In this document: positions 42,455-55,900 of the stretch, in pieces
Layout of the letters: every line of letters begins with the position of its first letter
How positions within the stretch are numbered: the first letter of the stretch is position 1
From: Paragordius varius
Taxonomy: Eukaryota > Animalia > Nematomorpha
Assembly: GCA_964247055.1 (NCBI GenBank)
Contig: OZ176059.1
Span: 2,232,001 to 2,296,000, forward strand
DNA: 64,000 nucleotides
Direction: 5' to 3'
Translations under genes and position numbers: made by a program
Notes under the pieces: model-generated
What the model was told of the DNA's origin: nothing
Databases searched by the model: none
The model's input: only the letters and a program-made list of their open reading frames with translations

Positions 42455-43280
42455 TAAAATATTGTATAAGTCTTCATAATTTGTCAAATTATATTTGAAC
42501 ACACAAAATGTCTTTTATTCAATATTTAAATTTGATTCCGTGTCCTTACTTAATTTACTGTGGAAAAACGCGTTCAATAGCAGTGGTTCAGGTAAAGATA
42601 ATGCAAATTCTACAATTAAAATAATATTGTATGGAACATAATTTGTTTAAAAATGATTATTTTAACCATTTCTATCCTACGTATTTTTTTCTGTTGTCCA
42701 TAATATAAGTTTTCATTCAATATATTTATTTAATAATGAGACTTCATCAAAAAGTGTCATTGTGCACCGTCTTGTCTTCCAAATAATCGTTTCTGTTTGT
42801 ATAAAACATTTTTATATCCTGGCTATTCATTGAGCCTTGTTTTTCTGGATGCTTTATAATATTGCGATTAGGTTATGGTATAAAATTATTCTCTAACCTT
42901 TTTTGACTTGGAATTTTGACCTTTGTCCTGTGATAAAAAATAGGATTCTAGGAGATCACATTTTTATAAATATATCAATCGCTGGCAAAAGAGCTAACCA
43001 ACAGTTCTACAATATTCAAGCATTTTAACATCTATATTTTCCACATCCAGGGGTAACAAATCAGTAGCTGTTTGAACGTTGTGTATCTGCCAATAATGTT
43101 TTGATTAAGATTATTCGCTAAATTGTTAAAAATATTTTTGTGCCGCTTCTTGCATCACCCAGCGCACTTTGTGATGATTTCGTCTTTATTATTTTTTTCT
43201 AGAATATTAAAATCACTTCACCCTTTGTTCGTGCACATGGAAATTTATTGAATAAGGTACAAACAACCTGTGAGGTACAA
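42455..43280 (-). repeat. Inverted, internally deleted and diverged copy of the same transposase CDS inside the element
   Basis: The reverse complement matches 40893-42348 in order. Shared blocks: TGTACCTCACAGGTT, AATCAAAACATTATTGGC, CTGATTTGTTACCCCT, ATATAAAAATGTTTTATACAAAC, GCATTATCTTTACCTG, CAAATATAATTTGACAAATT. Confidence 0.9.
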
Positions 43281-43449
43281 ATTTTTTTATATTTATAATG
43301 TATTTGTGTTAAAAATAAATAAATATTACAATAAATTTTTTGTATAAAAATTTTTGGTTGTACCCCCCAATGACCCACCCCCTTCTCAGATTTGTCCCGC
43401 TTTTTCCTTCAAAAAATCTGGTCACCTTAATAATATATCATAAATATCA

Positions 43450-44300
43450 TGGTGCTTTTGGTTTTGACCCTTACGATTGATATAAGAAAGTTGGCAAGTT
43501 CTCCATATCAGAAAATGGCAAAGTTTGGGCACATTTTTTTAAATATTCTTTTTGGTGAAAGCTAGAGGCTAGATTCCAAAAATATCACTAAAATATATCA
43601 TAAACTACATATAAAGAGCAAAAGTATTTAAAATAATTTTTTTAGATGTGGACTACGAAAGTCCAAAATTTTTCGCTCTTTAAAAATGGGCTCGTTTTAT
43701 TAAAATAAACTCTAAAATGCCGAGATTACGCGATAAAAATTTAAATATATGCTAAATTTTGATATCAACTGAAATTAATTTTAAAAAAATGCATAATATT
43801 TTCAAAATTAAAAATTTAAAATGGTGAAGCGTACTTCCTACAAGTTAGAACCGTATTAAAAAGTTTAAGATAATAAATTTTCTATATAATATTGCTGACC
43901 CTCAAAATTTTGTTTAAAAATTCGTTCCTCGTCAATTATGTCAAATATAAATTTTGTATGAAAAATTCCCAAAATTTAAAGTTAATAAACATGCAAATTA
44001 AAATTATAAAGCGATAGAAATGTTCATATCAGATTATATAACACTGTTTTTATACCGTTTCCATCCTACTCAAAACTAGTGTGAGATAGGTTCGAAATTT
44101 TTTGATAAAAAGTAAATTTTTCAGTATGCATTTTTTAAAAATATATTTTATGACAAAATTTAGTAAATATTTTAAATTATTATCGCGCAATCTCGGCATT
44201 TTTACTTAAGAGAACAAGCTTTCATAGAAACAATTTAGGATTTTTAAATTTTTAAGACTTCATTTCCTTTTGGGGTTCAATATCCCAGGAAATTTTGATT
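43450..44300. repeat. Dispersed repeat family with internal inverted motifs (other copies ~2400-3180 and ~38550-39150)
   Basis: ATATCAGAAAATGG.AAA..TGGGCA at 2415 and 43505; AAATGC(C/T)GAGA(T/G) at 2598, 38675 and 43715, with inverted counterparts (e.g. TCTCGGCATTTT) at 3070, 39000 and 44191. Boundaries approximate. Confidence 0.5.
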
Positions 44301-44351
44301 ATTTTAAAAGGTTTTACGGTATTAAGCCGAATTTGAAAATAACTTTCTTAA

Positions 44352-45406
44352 GACTTAGATTCAAATTGGGGTATCTAATTACCCCAGACTAAGTTTGAGT
44401 TTTGACAAACTACAAAAGGAAACGGTCCCTTAAATTTATGCTTCTATCTTAATGAAAATTATATGAATATGCCAAAATATAAAAATTTTGTTTTGAAAAA
44501 AAGTTCCATGTCAAACTGCTTCAACGCCATTTTTATTTTACAAAATTTTTGCAAAAAGTGTAAAATTAACACTTCGTTTCAATTTGGGGTATCTAAATAC
44601 CCCAGACTAAATAAAAGTTAAAATTTAAAAAAAAACTACTGAAGGAAACGGTCCTATTTTAAATTTATGCTTAATATCTTAATAAAATTTTGTTTTGAAA
44701 AAAAAGTTCCATGTCAAACTACTTCGACGCCATTTTTTTTACTAAATATTTGCAAAATATCGTCTTCATTTAATTTTAAGGGTAAAATTAAAGCTAAATA
44801 TTTATTTAAAATATATCTAACGTCGATAAAAATAGAAAAAGTGGTTTACTTTGTATTATTTTTCAATTTTACCATTGCACACATGTCACGTTGACTAGAT
44901 TTCTACCTTTTAGTTTTAGCTTAAAATAAGTAATATCAAGTATTTTTGAATAAAAATTTTTATATATTTCGGTTTATTAATGTTATATAAGTGCAAAATT
45001 TTGCCATGGCTTCGATCCCTTTCATAATTGTTACAGAATTTAATAACAGGCCTGGGGTATTTAACTACCTCAATTTGAATCGAAGGACTAAAATGAATGT
45101 GTTGTATCCAAGTGTTAAAGCTAATTTTTAATTAAATTACATCTAAAATTGAAAAAATAGAAAAAGCGGTTTATTTTGTATTATTTATTTTAATTTCACC
45201 ATTGCACACATACCACGTTGACTAGATAGTAATAACAAATATTTTTGAATAAAATAATTTCTATATTTCGGTTTACTAATGTTAAGTGCAAAATTTTGCT
45301 GTGGTTTCGATTCCTACCATATTATAAAAGAAATTAAACAGGCCTGGGGTATTAAACTACCCCAATATGAATCGAAGGAGTAAAATAAATGTGTTGCATC
45401 CAAGTG
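44352..45406. mobile_element. Two nested copies of a piggyBac-like (TTAA) MITE: inner 44570-45114 inserted into outer 44352-45406
   Basis: TTAA flanks at 44348, 44566, 45115 and 45407; ends (C/G)ACTT..AAGTG; sequence order A1-A2-B1-B2; internal hairpin GGGGTA..TACCCC near each end. Confidence 0.8.
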
Positions 45407-45664
45407 TTAATCCTTTTAGGTGCATGATACAAAATTTTTAGAAAAAAATTGTATAAAAATTACCTTACACTTTTTGCCGCTATGTTTTTTGCTATAAATA
45501 GTTTTAAATCGCTAATGCAATAGGCAAATAAATGTAAATAGTTGGAAAATATAAATATTTAATTTTAGGAAGCTTTCAGGCCACATTATAACAGCCAATT
45601 GATATATTTTGGAATTTTAACTATTATATCTCTCATAATTTTAGTTTATTACAAAATTAATTTA

Positions 45665-45667
45665 CCC

Positions 45668-45688
<21 letters not shown>
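45665..45688. repeat. Poly-C tract (C24) followed by A12
   Basis: Seen directly. Confidence 0.95.
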
Positions 45689-45698
<10 letters not shown>

Positions 45699-46041
45699 AA
45701 CGAGGGCAAAAATTGAAAAGGTAATCAAGTGTTAAACATATTTTATATTTTGTGCGTATATGATATTTTTTAGAGATTTTTAAAATCAAGCATTCAGCTT
45801 CCAAAAGAAAAAAATTGCAAAAAATGTTTAAAATTTTGCCGTTATTTGGACACTTACCACGAGAGTAAATAACCTTCTTATAGCGCTCGTAGGGCGAAAA
45901 AGCATTAATATATTTTGATAATTCTATTAGAATATATATATTTCATTAGGTTATTTTTTATACCGCTCTGTTTTAGACGCTGTGTATATGATAATATCAT
46001 TAATAATTTTTTTTGAAATGCATTAACTTTCACTAAATTTT

Positions 46042-46639
46042 CCTACCTCCAGATGCCAGTGGCAGAGGAGTGTCAAGAATTGTTAACTATCTCAACACAT
46101 AAGGGTTTTTTTAGATACAAACGCATGCCGTTTGGACTGGCCACGGCACCTATCATCTTCCAAAGAGTGATGGAACAAGTGCTGGCTGAAAGTCCGGGAA
46201 CTTGCGTATATTTAGATGACGTCCTAGTGACTGGTAGGACGGAAAATGAGCACATTAACAATTTAAATAATGTATCAAGTCGTCTCGATAAGGCCGGATT
46301 TAAATTAAGACAAGATAAAATAATGATAGGCGCAGAATCAGTAAACTATTTAGGGTTTGAAATATGGAAAAAGGGTATAAGCCCCTGTGAAAGCAAAATC
46401 AAAGCAATTAAGGAACTAAAAAGGCCGGTAGATAACGTAGTTTTTTAGGTTTTTCGACATTTCATGAACGCTTTATACCAAAATTACAAATGATAGTCGG
46501 TCCCTTACATGAATCAACTAGTAAAAATACGAGATGGTGTTGGACCGAGAAACATGAGAAAAGCTGGTTAGCAGCTAAGAATTTGTTAAGCGAAAAAGTG
46601 TTAACACCATATAATTCGAATAGGAAATTGATAATAGAA
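46042..46639 (+). mobile_element. Ty3/Gypsy LTR-retrotransposon pol fragment (reverse transcriptase plus connection), degenerate, no LTRs seen
   Basis: YLQMP..TISTHKGFFRYKRMPFGLATAPIIFQRVME..YLDDVLV..YLGFEI. After a frameshift near 46440 it continues FLGF..RFIPKL..PLH..W.WT..HE. Confidence 0.92.
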
Positions 46640-46854
46640 AAGAATGTTATTCAATTACCAAAAAAGTAGATAAACTTTTTTATAAAAAAAAATTAACAAA
46701 ATGAGAATCTTGATACCTTTTTGCAAAAAATATATTTTTTACTAGGATGTTTATTAATTTCTAAATAATGTTAAATGGAAAAATATCGAATTTTTCTAAA
46801 ATAATTAATATTACTTAATATCATTTGTGCATCAGATCTCAACATGCGTAATAA

Positions 46855-49018
46855 ATGCTTTCATTAATGCGTCTGTTTTTAAATTTAAATTTAAATTTTT
46901 TTATAGTGACTGTTTTAAAATCGTCACTCTTTAATTTTCAGTACATATTTGATAATAATGATAACGAAGTTACTATCAATATTAATAATTCAACTCAACT
47001 AATAACTTCTAAAGCTAATAATTCCGAAAATCAAATATTTAAATCTTTTAAAAGCCTAACAAATGATGAAGAAATCATACAACGGTTTCAAGAATATTTA
47101 CGGATTAAATCTATGCACCCTGATCCAGATTACAGTAATTTATTTATTTATATCCGATTCCTACCTAAAGCAATATAACTTATGTCTGATATTAAAATGT
47201 AGTTAAAATGATTCAAACGATTTTTAACTTGCACCTTTAACCATCATTTCTTAATTGTATTAATTTTTTTTATTTTTGGATATTCTTCATAATATATGCA
47301 TAATTTTAGTTATTTTCCCATTTTAGCTTTTCAAATATAATTTAAAATAAATATTTACGATAGAATCATGCATAAAGTTCCTCAAGCAACAAGCAGACGA
47401 AATTGGAGGATTAGAATTTCAAGTTTTAGAGGTTTTTTATAAAATATTTTTCCTAATTATAATTGCTTATTTACCTACCCTTTTTAACATATTAAAGTTA
47501 TAATTAATATTATGCTACAATTATTTTAAATTTATTTAATAATAATTTTTTTAAGCTTCATGTTTAATTCGGTTAAAATGAATGATTTGATGAATTTAAA
47601 TTATTTTTGGATATTTAATATAAATATTTCCATTCCGATTTGATTAATTGGTTATTTTTTAAATAATTAATTTTTTCTTACGAAATTTTTACACAACAAA
47701 CTTTATTTTGCAGTTAGTCTATCCTTTATTTAATGTACCCTATTCTGTTTTAGCCGTATTTCATTTTTTATATAACTTTGGGTTTGGGTAATACATTAAA
47801 GACAAACAATTTGTTAAAGCATTTAGCACTAATTTTAACTAAATCGAATAGCTAAAAACATTATATTAAATCATGTTTAAAACAATTGTATATATATACA
47901 TACCGTTTAGTTTTATCTAAATCTTTTTTTAAATTTAATTATTTTCATATTAATTAAGATAATAAAAATTATATTTACATTGCGTCATCCATATGTTTTC
48001 TGTGTTTGGATCCAAAAATTTATATTTTTAGCTTCGTAACGAAAATTCAGCAATGCCAAATTTTTCAGTTTATTTGATAATATTATAGCAGTTTTTAGGT
48101 CCAACTCTATAATATTATGTTTATTCTCTTATATTTTTAAATTTTATATATCGTCAATTTGCTAATTGCTGACCCTAACTTAAACCCATAACTTAAGGGG
48201 GGTGTGGTATCATTTAATGTAATTTGATACCCTATGAATTTACCACAGCATAATAATACATAAGTAGAAATCATTGTTGATTTTGTCATTTGTCCAATTT
48301 TTATAAAAATGTATAATTAAAAAAATGAGAATGAGATTAAAAGATATTATACCTCTTTGTTAACGGAAATTAGTTTTATCCTGGCAAACCGATAGCAATA
48401 ATCACATGGAAAGGATCGAATCCGGATTTACCGGCTATAGGAATGCATTCACATACTGATGTGGTTTCCGTTTATCCAGTATATATATGAATTAATAAAT
48501 ATTTTTGTTTTATAATATAAAAAATTTATATACCATATAAATTCAGGAGTATTGGTTACATGATCCTTTTCAAGCAGTTATAACTGAAAATGGAAATATA
48601 TATGCCAGAGGGACGCAGGTATACATTTTATAACCCAAAACCAAAATTAAATAATTAATTCAAACAATAAAAGATATGCGCATGCGTGTGGTTAAATAAT
48701 TATAATACCCAATATCGTCTGCTTTTAATTTCAAAACGAATTTGATTGCTTTTTACTGAATTTTTATTCTTAACACTTCATGACCTTTTCACTTTTTTGT
48801 CCGTGATGACATGTTGGGTTAGTGTTATTTGATATCCCAGAGGTAAATTATGTAATTATACTACTGTTTGAAAGTTATTTTAGTTAAAATTTAATGATCA
48901 AACATTGTTCTCATGTATTGGACAATAAGCCTTCATTTTTAACAGTTCTGTGATTTCTAGAATCTATAAATGGGACATCTCCAAAACAATTGAAACGAAC
49001 AGCTGATATTAAAATCAA

Positions 49019-49053
<35 letters not shown>

Positions 49054-50290
49054 CAAGTTTCTGCTGGTAAAATTTAACCTAAAAGCTTTTTTGAAGTTTA
49101 TTATAAACATTTTTTGACCATAAAAGCATTTCTATGGCATTAGCGATTTAAAAATATTTTAAGCAAAAAATGGTGGAGAAAAAGTGGAATGGGGGATTTT
49201 TTTACAATTTAACATTTTTAACAATTTTTTTTGTACAATCCACCTTAAAGGATAAAGAAAGCTTATTTTTTAAATTCGGCTAAATACCTTATATCCTTTT
49301 TAAGATATTCGAACTTTGAATCGCTTTGGGATATAAAACTACCCCAAAAGATCATGGACTATAAGTGAAATAATTATTATTATCCAATATAGCAATTAAA
49401 GTTTTTGAAGAAAACTTGTTTTTGCCAAATAAAAGTTCAGTTATAATAAATTATTTAATATTTTAGACATTTATTATTTTTCATATTTATCCTATTTATT
49501 CAGAATTTATTCTCCTTTTCAAATCTATCCTTTTATATTAATATACGTTTGAACATTTCGATTTCATCCTGCCAATTCATTTAAAATAAAATATGTTTTT
49601 TATATTAATTTCAAATTGATTATTTTTTTGGCATACTCTTACATTTTTTTCTGATTTATTACTAAATTATCGCTATTTCTATCTAATAAAATGTAAAATC
49701 TCAAGAAAGACTGATTTTTAATTTTTTCAGTGATTTTTAAAAATGCAAATCAAAAATTATCTATATTATTTGATAGTTTTTATTAAATAATTACAAATAA
49801 TCCAAAAAAATAAAAAATATTGAATAAGGAGTTAATTTGTCCTAAATGCATAATTACTATAATGCAACTGAAAAATTGGATCAAGTTAATATATTAATAA
49901 GTAAAATAGAAAGTTTATGGTGAAAAAAAGGTGAATTCGAATTACAGTATGAGTAAGTAGACATTGGAAAGTTATTAATTATTGCCAAATAGCATATACA
50001 ACAAAGGGAAGTGTTATTGGTTAGTTATTTTTATCCAATAATAATTCTCTTTGCTGCATATTAAGTTATAAATATACACACACCGATTATTAAATTTTTA
50101 TAATTTTACTCATATATTACTTAGGATATGAAAGGAACCGGGATGCAGTATGTATAACTTTTATATTTGTAATCCTTTTTTATTAATAGCAACGATGTTT
50201 TTCAGTTTTGAAAAAGGTGGTTTTTACATTTATAACCGTATATTTTTTATTTTTATCATCTAACAAATGGTAAAATGAATTTTTGAAATC

Positions 50291-50328
<38 letters not shown>

Positions 50329-51467
50329 GTTATAATTTACAGTTTAACAATTTATTTTTCCAACAAAAATCAGATATCTTGAAGCTATCCGTAAATTAAA
50401 GGAACAAAATTTCCAACCTACCCGCACACTTCATATGCTTTATTTACCTGGTATCTCAAATAATATGTATCATTTAAAATCACAATTTTCTGCAATAAAA
50501 TTGATTAATTTACTATATTCAATCGAGAATTCTAATAACTTTTTAAAAAGGAGCATAGAGTTAGATATTCACACATATAAAAATTAGCGATAACGGTTTA
50601 TACGGACTAATTTTTTTCGATATTGTTATGGGATTGTGAAAAAATCAGTTTTTTTCATATTATGGTAAGGACGAATTGTGTGAGAAGCGTTATAGAAATA
50701 ATAGAAATAATATTTAGTATAGGTGGCAAAATTTTTAAAAATTAGTTTTATGACTTTGGATTTAATCAGCTTAGCCCCACAAAAAAGTTTAATAAAATCA
50801 ATTTTCGCAAAAAAAAGTTTTTTTGGAAAAGGATTAGCTTACGAATAAAAGTTAATTTTAGCCTTTACGTATTGTGTTTTATATCGATATCTAGATCAGG
50901 GGTCCCCAACATACGTCCCTTCTAGATACATTCTGTGCTGCCCGCTAAAAATTTGGAAACCCATAAATTGCAAATATATCCTCATTTTCTGAATAAACCA
51001 ATTTAATTGGCAACAAACTAGAAAAAAATATAATGAATTTGTGTTTGAATTTTACAGTCTCTTAAGTTTGCAATCTTTAGAAATATTTATAAAAATTCCT
51101 ATATATAATATATATTTCAAATGCGGCCGACGTAAGCCATGTAGTGTTGGATATCCCTGATATAGTATAAATTATGTATAAAATACCTTAAAAATCAATT
51201 TGTCTCTCTACATAAGTCGAATAAAATAATCTTATTTGGGGAAAAAACAGCATATTCTTGCAAAAATAAACAAAATTTTCACAAATTTTCAAAATATTCA
51301 AAATATATATGTAGATGAAGAAATTGGTGGGGCTCATGGTATGGAAGCGTTTACGAAATCCGCCCTCTTTGGGCAACAATACAAATTCGCCATGTTTTTA
51401 GGGGAGGGTAGGCCAAGTCCCACAAACGCATACATTGTTCACTATGCCGAACGTTCTGTTAGATGTA

Positions 51468-51498
<31 letters not shown>

Positions 51499-52871
51499 CA
51501 ATATTTTTATCTATTTAATGGATGATACTATTAATAAAAAAATGGTAAAATTGAATTATATACTGATAAAACGTAGTAAATTAAAAGACAAAAATATGTT
51601 TTTAAGACACACTAATAACTTTTTTTAAGATATAACCTATCATCGTTTTGGGTCGCAAAATTAAAATAAAAGATATATATTGGTATTATGTAATTACAGT
51701 ATACGCATTTATATTGACCAATTCACATTATATTAGGTCAATATTGGTAACACAGTAGTGTATGGGTAAAAACAACAAAATGTTTGAAATTAAACAATTT
51801 TTCCCATCTTGTGCAACATAAATTTCTTTATTTAATTATTATGGACAAATTTTGTGTTTAACACACGCGCTTATCATATTACCAATTATAGGCCAGCCTA
51901 TGCATCTGTATTATAATTTTTTAAAAATTTTTGTATTTTATTTAACGATATTTTATATAAAAATCCTAAAGTTTTATACAGACAAACCTTAAAATCTAAA
52001 AGACAAATAATTTTTTATGAAGACAAATACCGTAATTTGAAAAGTTTGGTTTTTTTCTATATATCCTATCGTTTTTGAGTCTTACTGGTAACACACACTC
52101 AATTTTATTCATTACACAAATGTAATTATATAGGTTACTAATAAATATTAAGAATTATGATTGTCCTTTTTTTAAAAAAAATATTGTCTTTTAATTTTCC
52201 TTTTTGTCTACACCTTAAATATTTACTGTAAAACTATCTTTTTAACTAATTTTGATTTTATACAAACTTATATTATAAAATTTAATTTATATTATTTAAA
52301 GTAAAACGACGTTTTTTATATTTAAAAAGTTTTTAACATATGATTTGTTTAAAACTATGATAAATTGTACATAGATAATAAGAATATATGCTTATAATTA
52401 CTTCTTTTATCCTTGTCTACTTAGTTTAACACATGCTTTTTTTATAAAAATTAAACTAAACCGAAATATTAGCCATACCAGGACAATTATTTTAAACGAA
52501 ATAAATATTTTACCATATTTAAGTAAAACTGGAATCAAGCGAAATTAAATTTTTTTTTGAAAAATAATATTGATGTTTTGCTACTTTTATTTGATATTTT
52601 CTATGATTTTTGTAAAAATCAAAAGAAAATTAATTATTCTCTAAAAACCATAAAAATTTAACAATACATATATACATATAAATTGTATTCATATATTTTT
52701 TATTTTATCGGTTTTTAGCGGTAGATATCCATATAAAGGGAAACACTGGACACGGTTCTCGATTCATTGATAATACGGCGGCATCTAAATTTGTAAGGAT
52801 AAATTATATTGCTTTTTTTAGAAATATGCAATTTTAGTTTTTTTTCATAATGACCCTTATAATAGTATAAA

Positions 52872-52933
<62 letters not shown>

Positions 52934-55900
52934 TATATATGAGAAAATTATTCTAACTTTTTTTAGTCAAATCAATTTGTGTTCTGTTATATAAATATTA
53001 TAAATTATAATTTTTTTCGATAAAAAATAACCCATTTTGGTTGAACACGCAATTTTTAACGATAGAAATGTTTAAATTACTATGATGACTTTATTGAAAA
53101 ATTTAAGTATCACATATAATTTAATTTAACATAGAGTTGGTCATTGATTTTGTATATTTATGTATGGTAGAAACGTTAAATTCTGTCATCTTAAAAGGAT
53201 AATTATATTAAAACATTTCCCTGCCCTGGCTTCATGGCAGATGACATTTTACAGTAAAAATTGGAATTATACGGACAAAATGTAAAAATTTAAAGGCAAA
53301 TATTTTTTTATAAACACTATTTTATTTCATTTTAAAATTAACTTGTTTCATATTGCATTATATAAAATGGATATTAATTGATGACATAATCAAATCTATA
53401 TATATAACAATTGCAATTAAATAGCTTATATGGGAAAAAATTAAGGTTTGAAAAAGTGTGGTTGTCTTTTAGAAAAAATATTTATCTTTATTTTTTTACG
53501 TTTTGTCCGTATAATTTCAGTTTTTACCGTAAAACTGTCATTTTTTGGTATATCAAAACAAACTCAAATTATGGTAAATTCTGGGTTATCAAAGTCATAA
53601 AATTTTGATTAAATGAAAATTACATGCTCAATATAAATAAATATAAAATAATGTGGTATTATCCAAATATTTTTACTAAAAATGAATTTTATTATATAAC
53701 GGTTAGACCGGTGACTACCTTCACTCCTTAAATTTATCAAAAAGAATTTCATTTTTTTAAAACACTTATTAATCATGTATTTAATTTTATTTTTTTATGT
53801 GCTACATAGTTTAAACTATTGTCATATGCCTTGGAGTACCGTGAACAAGAACGTAAAAGGTATGTATATTAAACATTAGTTTTTATAATATATATACCAT
53901 TTACATTTCAAATTTACCCATAACATAATTCAAATTTACCCTAAAATAAATTGTGTGTTTTTTTTATATATATGATGAAAATGAAATTTTGTTCGATATT
54001 AAAATTATAATGAAACGATAATATATCTTAAAGAAATATTTCATATTAATAATGAGTTATACTAACCCGAAAAAAACATATTTTAATTTAAGTGCTTGAA
54101 TTTGAATCGTTCAAGGGTGAATTTGAATTGTTCAAGGATGAATATAAATTGTTCAAGGGTAAATTTGAATTGTTCAGGGGTAAATTTGAATTGAGGGGTG
54201 AATTTGAATCGTTAAAGGGTGAATTTAAATTGTAAATGTTATATCACTGTTTCCTGATTTGCTTTAGTTATTGTTTTTGCATTTGTAATGTAGAAACGTA
54301 TCATATCATATTCTAATAATGATGGATATTTCTAAAATATTTTTTACACTAAAATGGCAATTTAAAACATTAATTTTTTACCTTATTTTTGGATTAAAAA
54401 TATTTTGATAATTATATATAATATATATATATTTGATCTAACTTTATATCTTTATGTTAAGGTTACAAATGGACCCTTTGCTATCTTTGGGGGATGTTAC
54501 TTCCATTAATCTTACGAAACTTAAAGTAAGTTCTACTTTTTGGTTTTACGTAAAAACACGCTTTATAGTATACTTTTTCAATCATTTCATATTATTATAT
54601 AGGGTGGCATGGCATTTAACATTGTTCCGTCCGAGATTGAATGTAGTAAGTGTTTGTAAGGATAAAATTAAAATATTTTCTTAAAATTTTTTTTCTGCTT
54701 TATTTTAAACGAAATTTAAAGTAAAAATTGAATTATAATAATAAAAGAAAAACATAAAAAGTATAAAAGATATTTTGGCATTAAGACAGCCAGCCATACT
54801 TTTTAGACCGTATATCTTTTTGGATTTCGAAATAAAGATTAAGTAATGATTGGTAACATTTCTTAATAACTATTATGTGAAAAAATACTTTTTTAATGTT
54901 TTTTTGTGTCTTTATAATATTTAAATAATTTTTTTCTCTGCGCTTATAAAATTTTAGCATTAGATATACGTGTTACACCACGTATAAATGTTTCCGATTT
55001 TGAATCATTGCTTAAAAGTTGGATAGCTGAGATATCACCTGACAGTATTGATGAAGTCACGTACAAATATCATCAAGTATATTCATTAATTATTACAGTA
55101 AAAATTTAAATTATACGCACAAAAAGTATAATAATATAAAGTCAAATATTGTTTTCTAAAAGTTTCCAACCATACTTTTTTTTATTTAATATAACTCAGT
55201 GTTTTGAATTTTGTAAATAAAATAGAGACGTGTGTTGGTTGGTAACACAATCAATTAAATATTTTACGGTTGTTTTAATTGGTAATTTTAATAAGATAAA
55301 TTAAGATTCGAAAAAATATGGGGTTGTCTTTTGAAAATGATTTTTTTCTTTATATTTTTACGTTTTGTCCATCATAATTTCAATTATTACTGTATTATAT
55401 ATACTTTTATTCAATATATTAAAAAAAATGCGTTAAAAAACGAAATTTGTTTCTCATTTAAAAAACTTATTCACAAACCTATGAAAAAAGTTATTCTATA
55501 CTCTTTATCATATTTTTTGGCTTTAATTTTTTATAACGGCGAATATGATTGTTAGAAATATCGGAAGGTATTAATATTCTGTATAATTTTTTGCTAAAAT
55601 TTTATCAGTTTATTGATTATAGTTTATGATCCTTTTTTCATATAATTTTAATTATCCTGGATATTTTTTAAGTTTTTTAACACTTCATTTTGTAAAAAAG
55701 TTATATATATATGTATATAATTCAAGGCTGATCTAATAATTAGTTACATGAAATAAAGTATGTATAAAATATTTATATGCTTAGCGCCCAACAAAACCGG
55801 TCATGTCTCCAATAAACCCCGGAAATATTTGGTGGGATATTATAGCTAGTACCGGGAAAGAAATGTAAATTATCAAATACATCTTATGTTACCATATACA

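Larger units (their letters stand above)
40012..43429 (+). mobile_element. hAT DNA transposon (Blackjack-like), 3418 bp, with perfect 8-bp TSD
   Basis: 13-bp TIRs TAAGGTGACCAGA / TCTGGTCACCTTA; TSD ATAATATA at 40004-40011 and 43430-43437; subterminal GTCCCGC repeats at both ends. Confidence 0.95.

Noticed and set aside
54100-54240. Regularly spaced ~20-bp repeats resembling a CRISPR array (also 35580-35665)
   Set aside because: No unique spacers, eukaryotic context, and the units are subterminal repeats of MITE family A.
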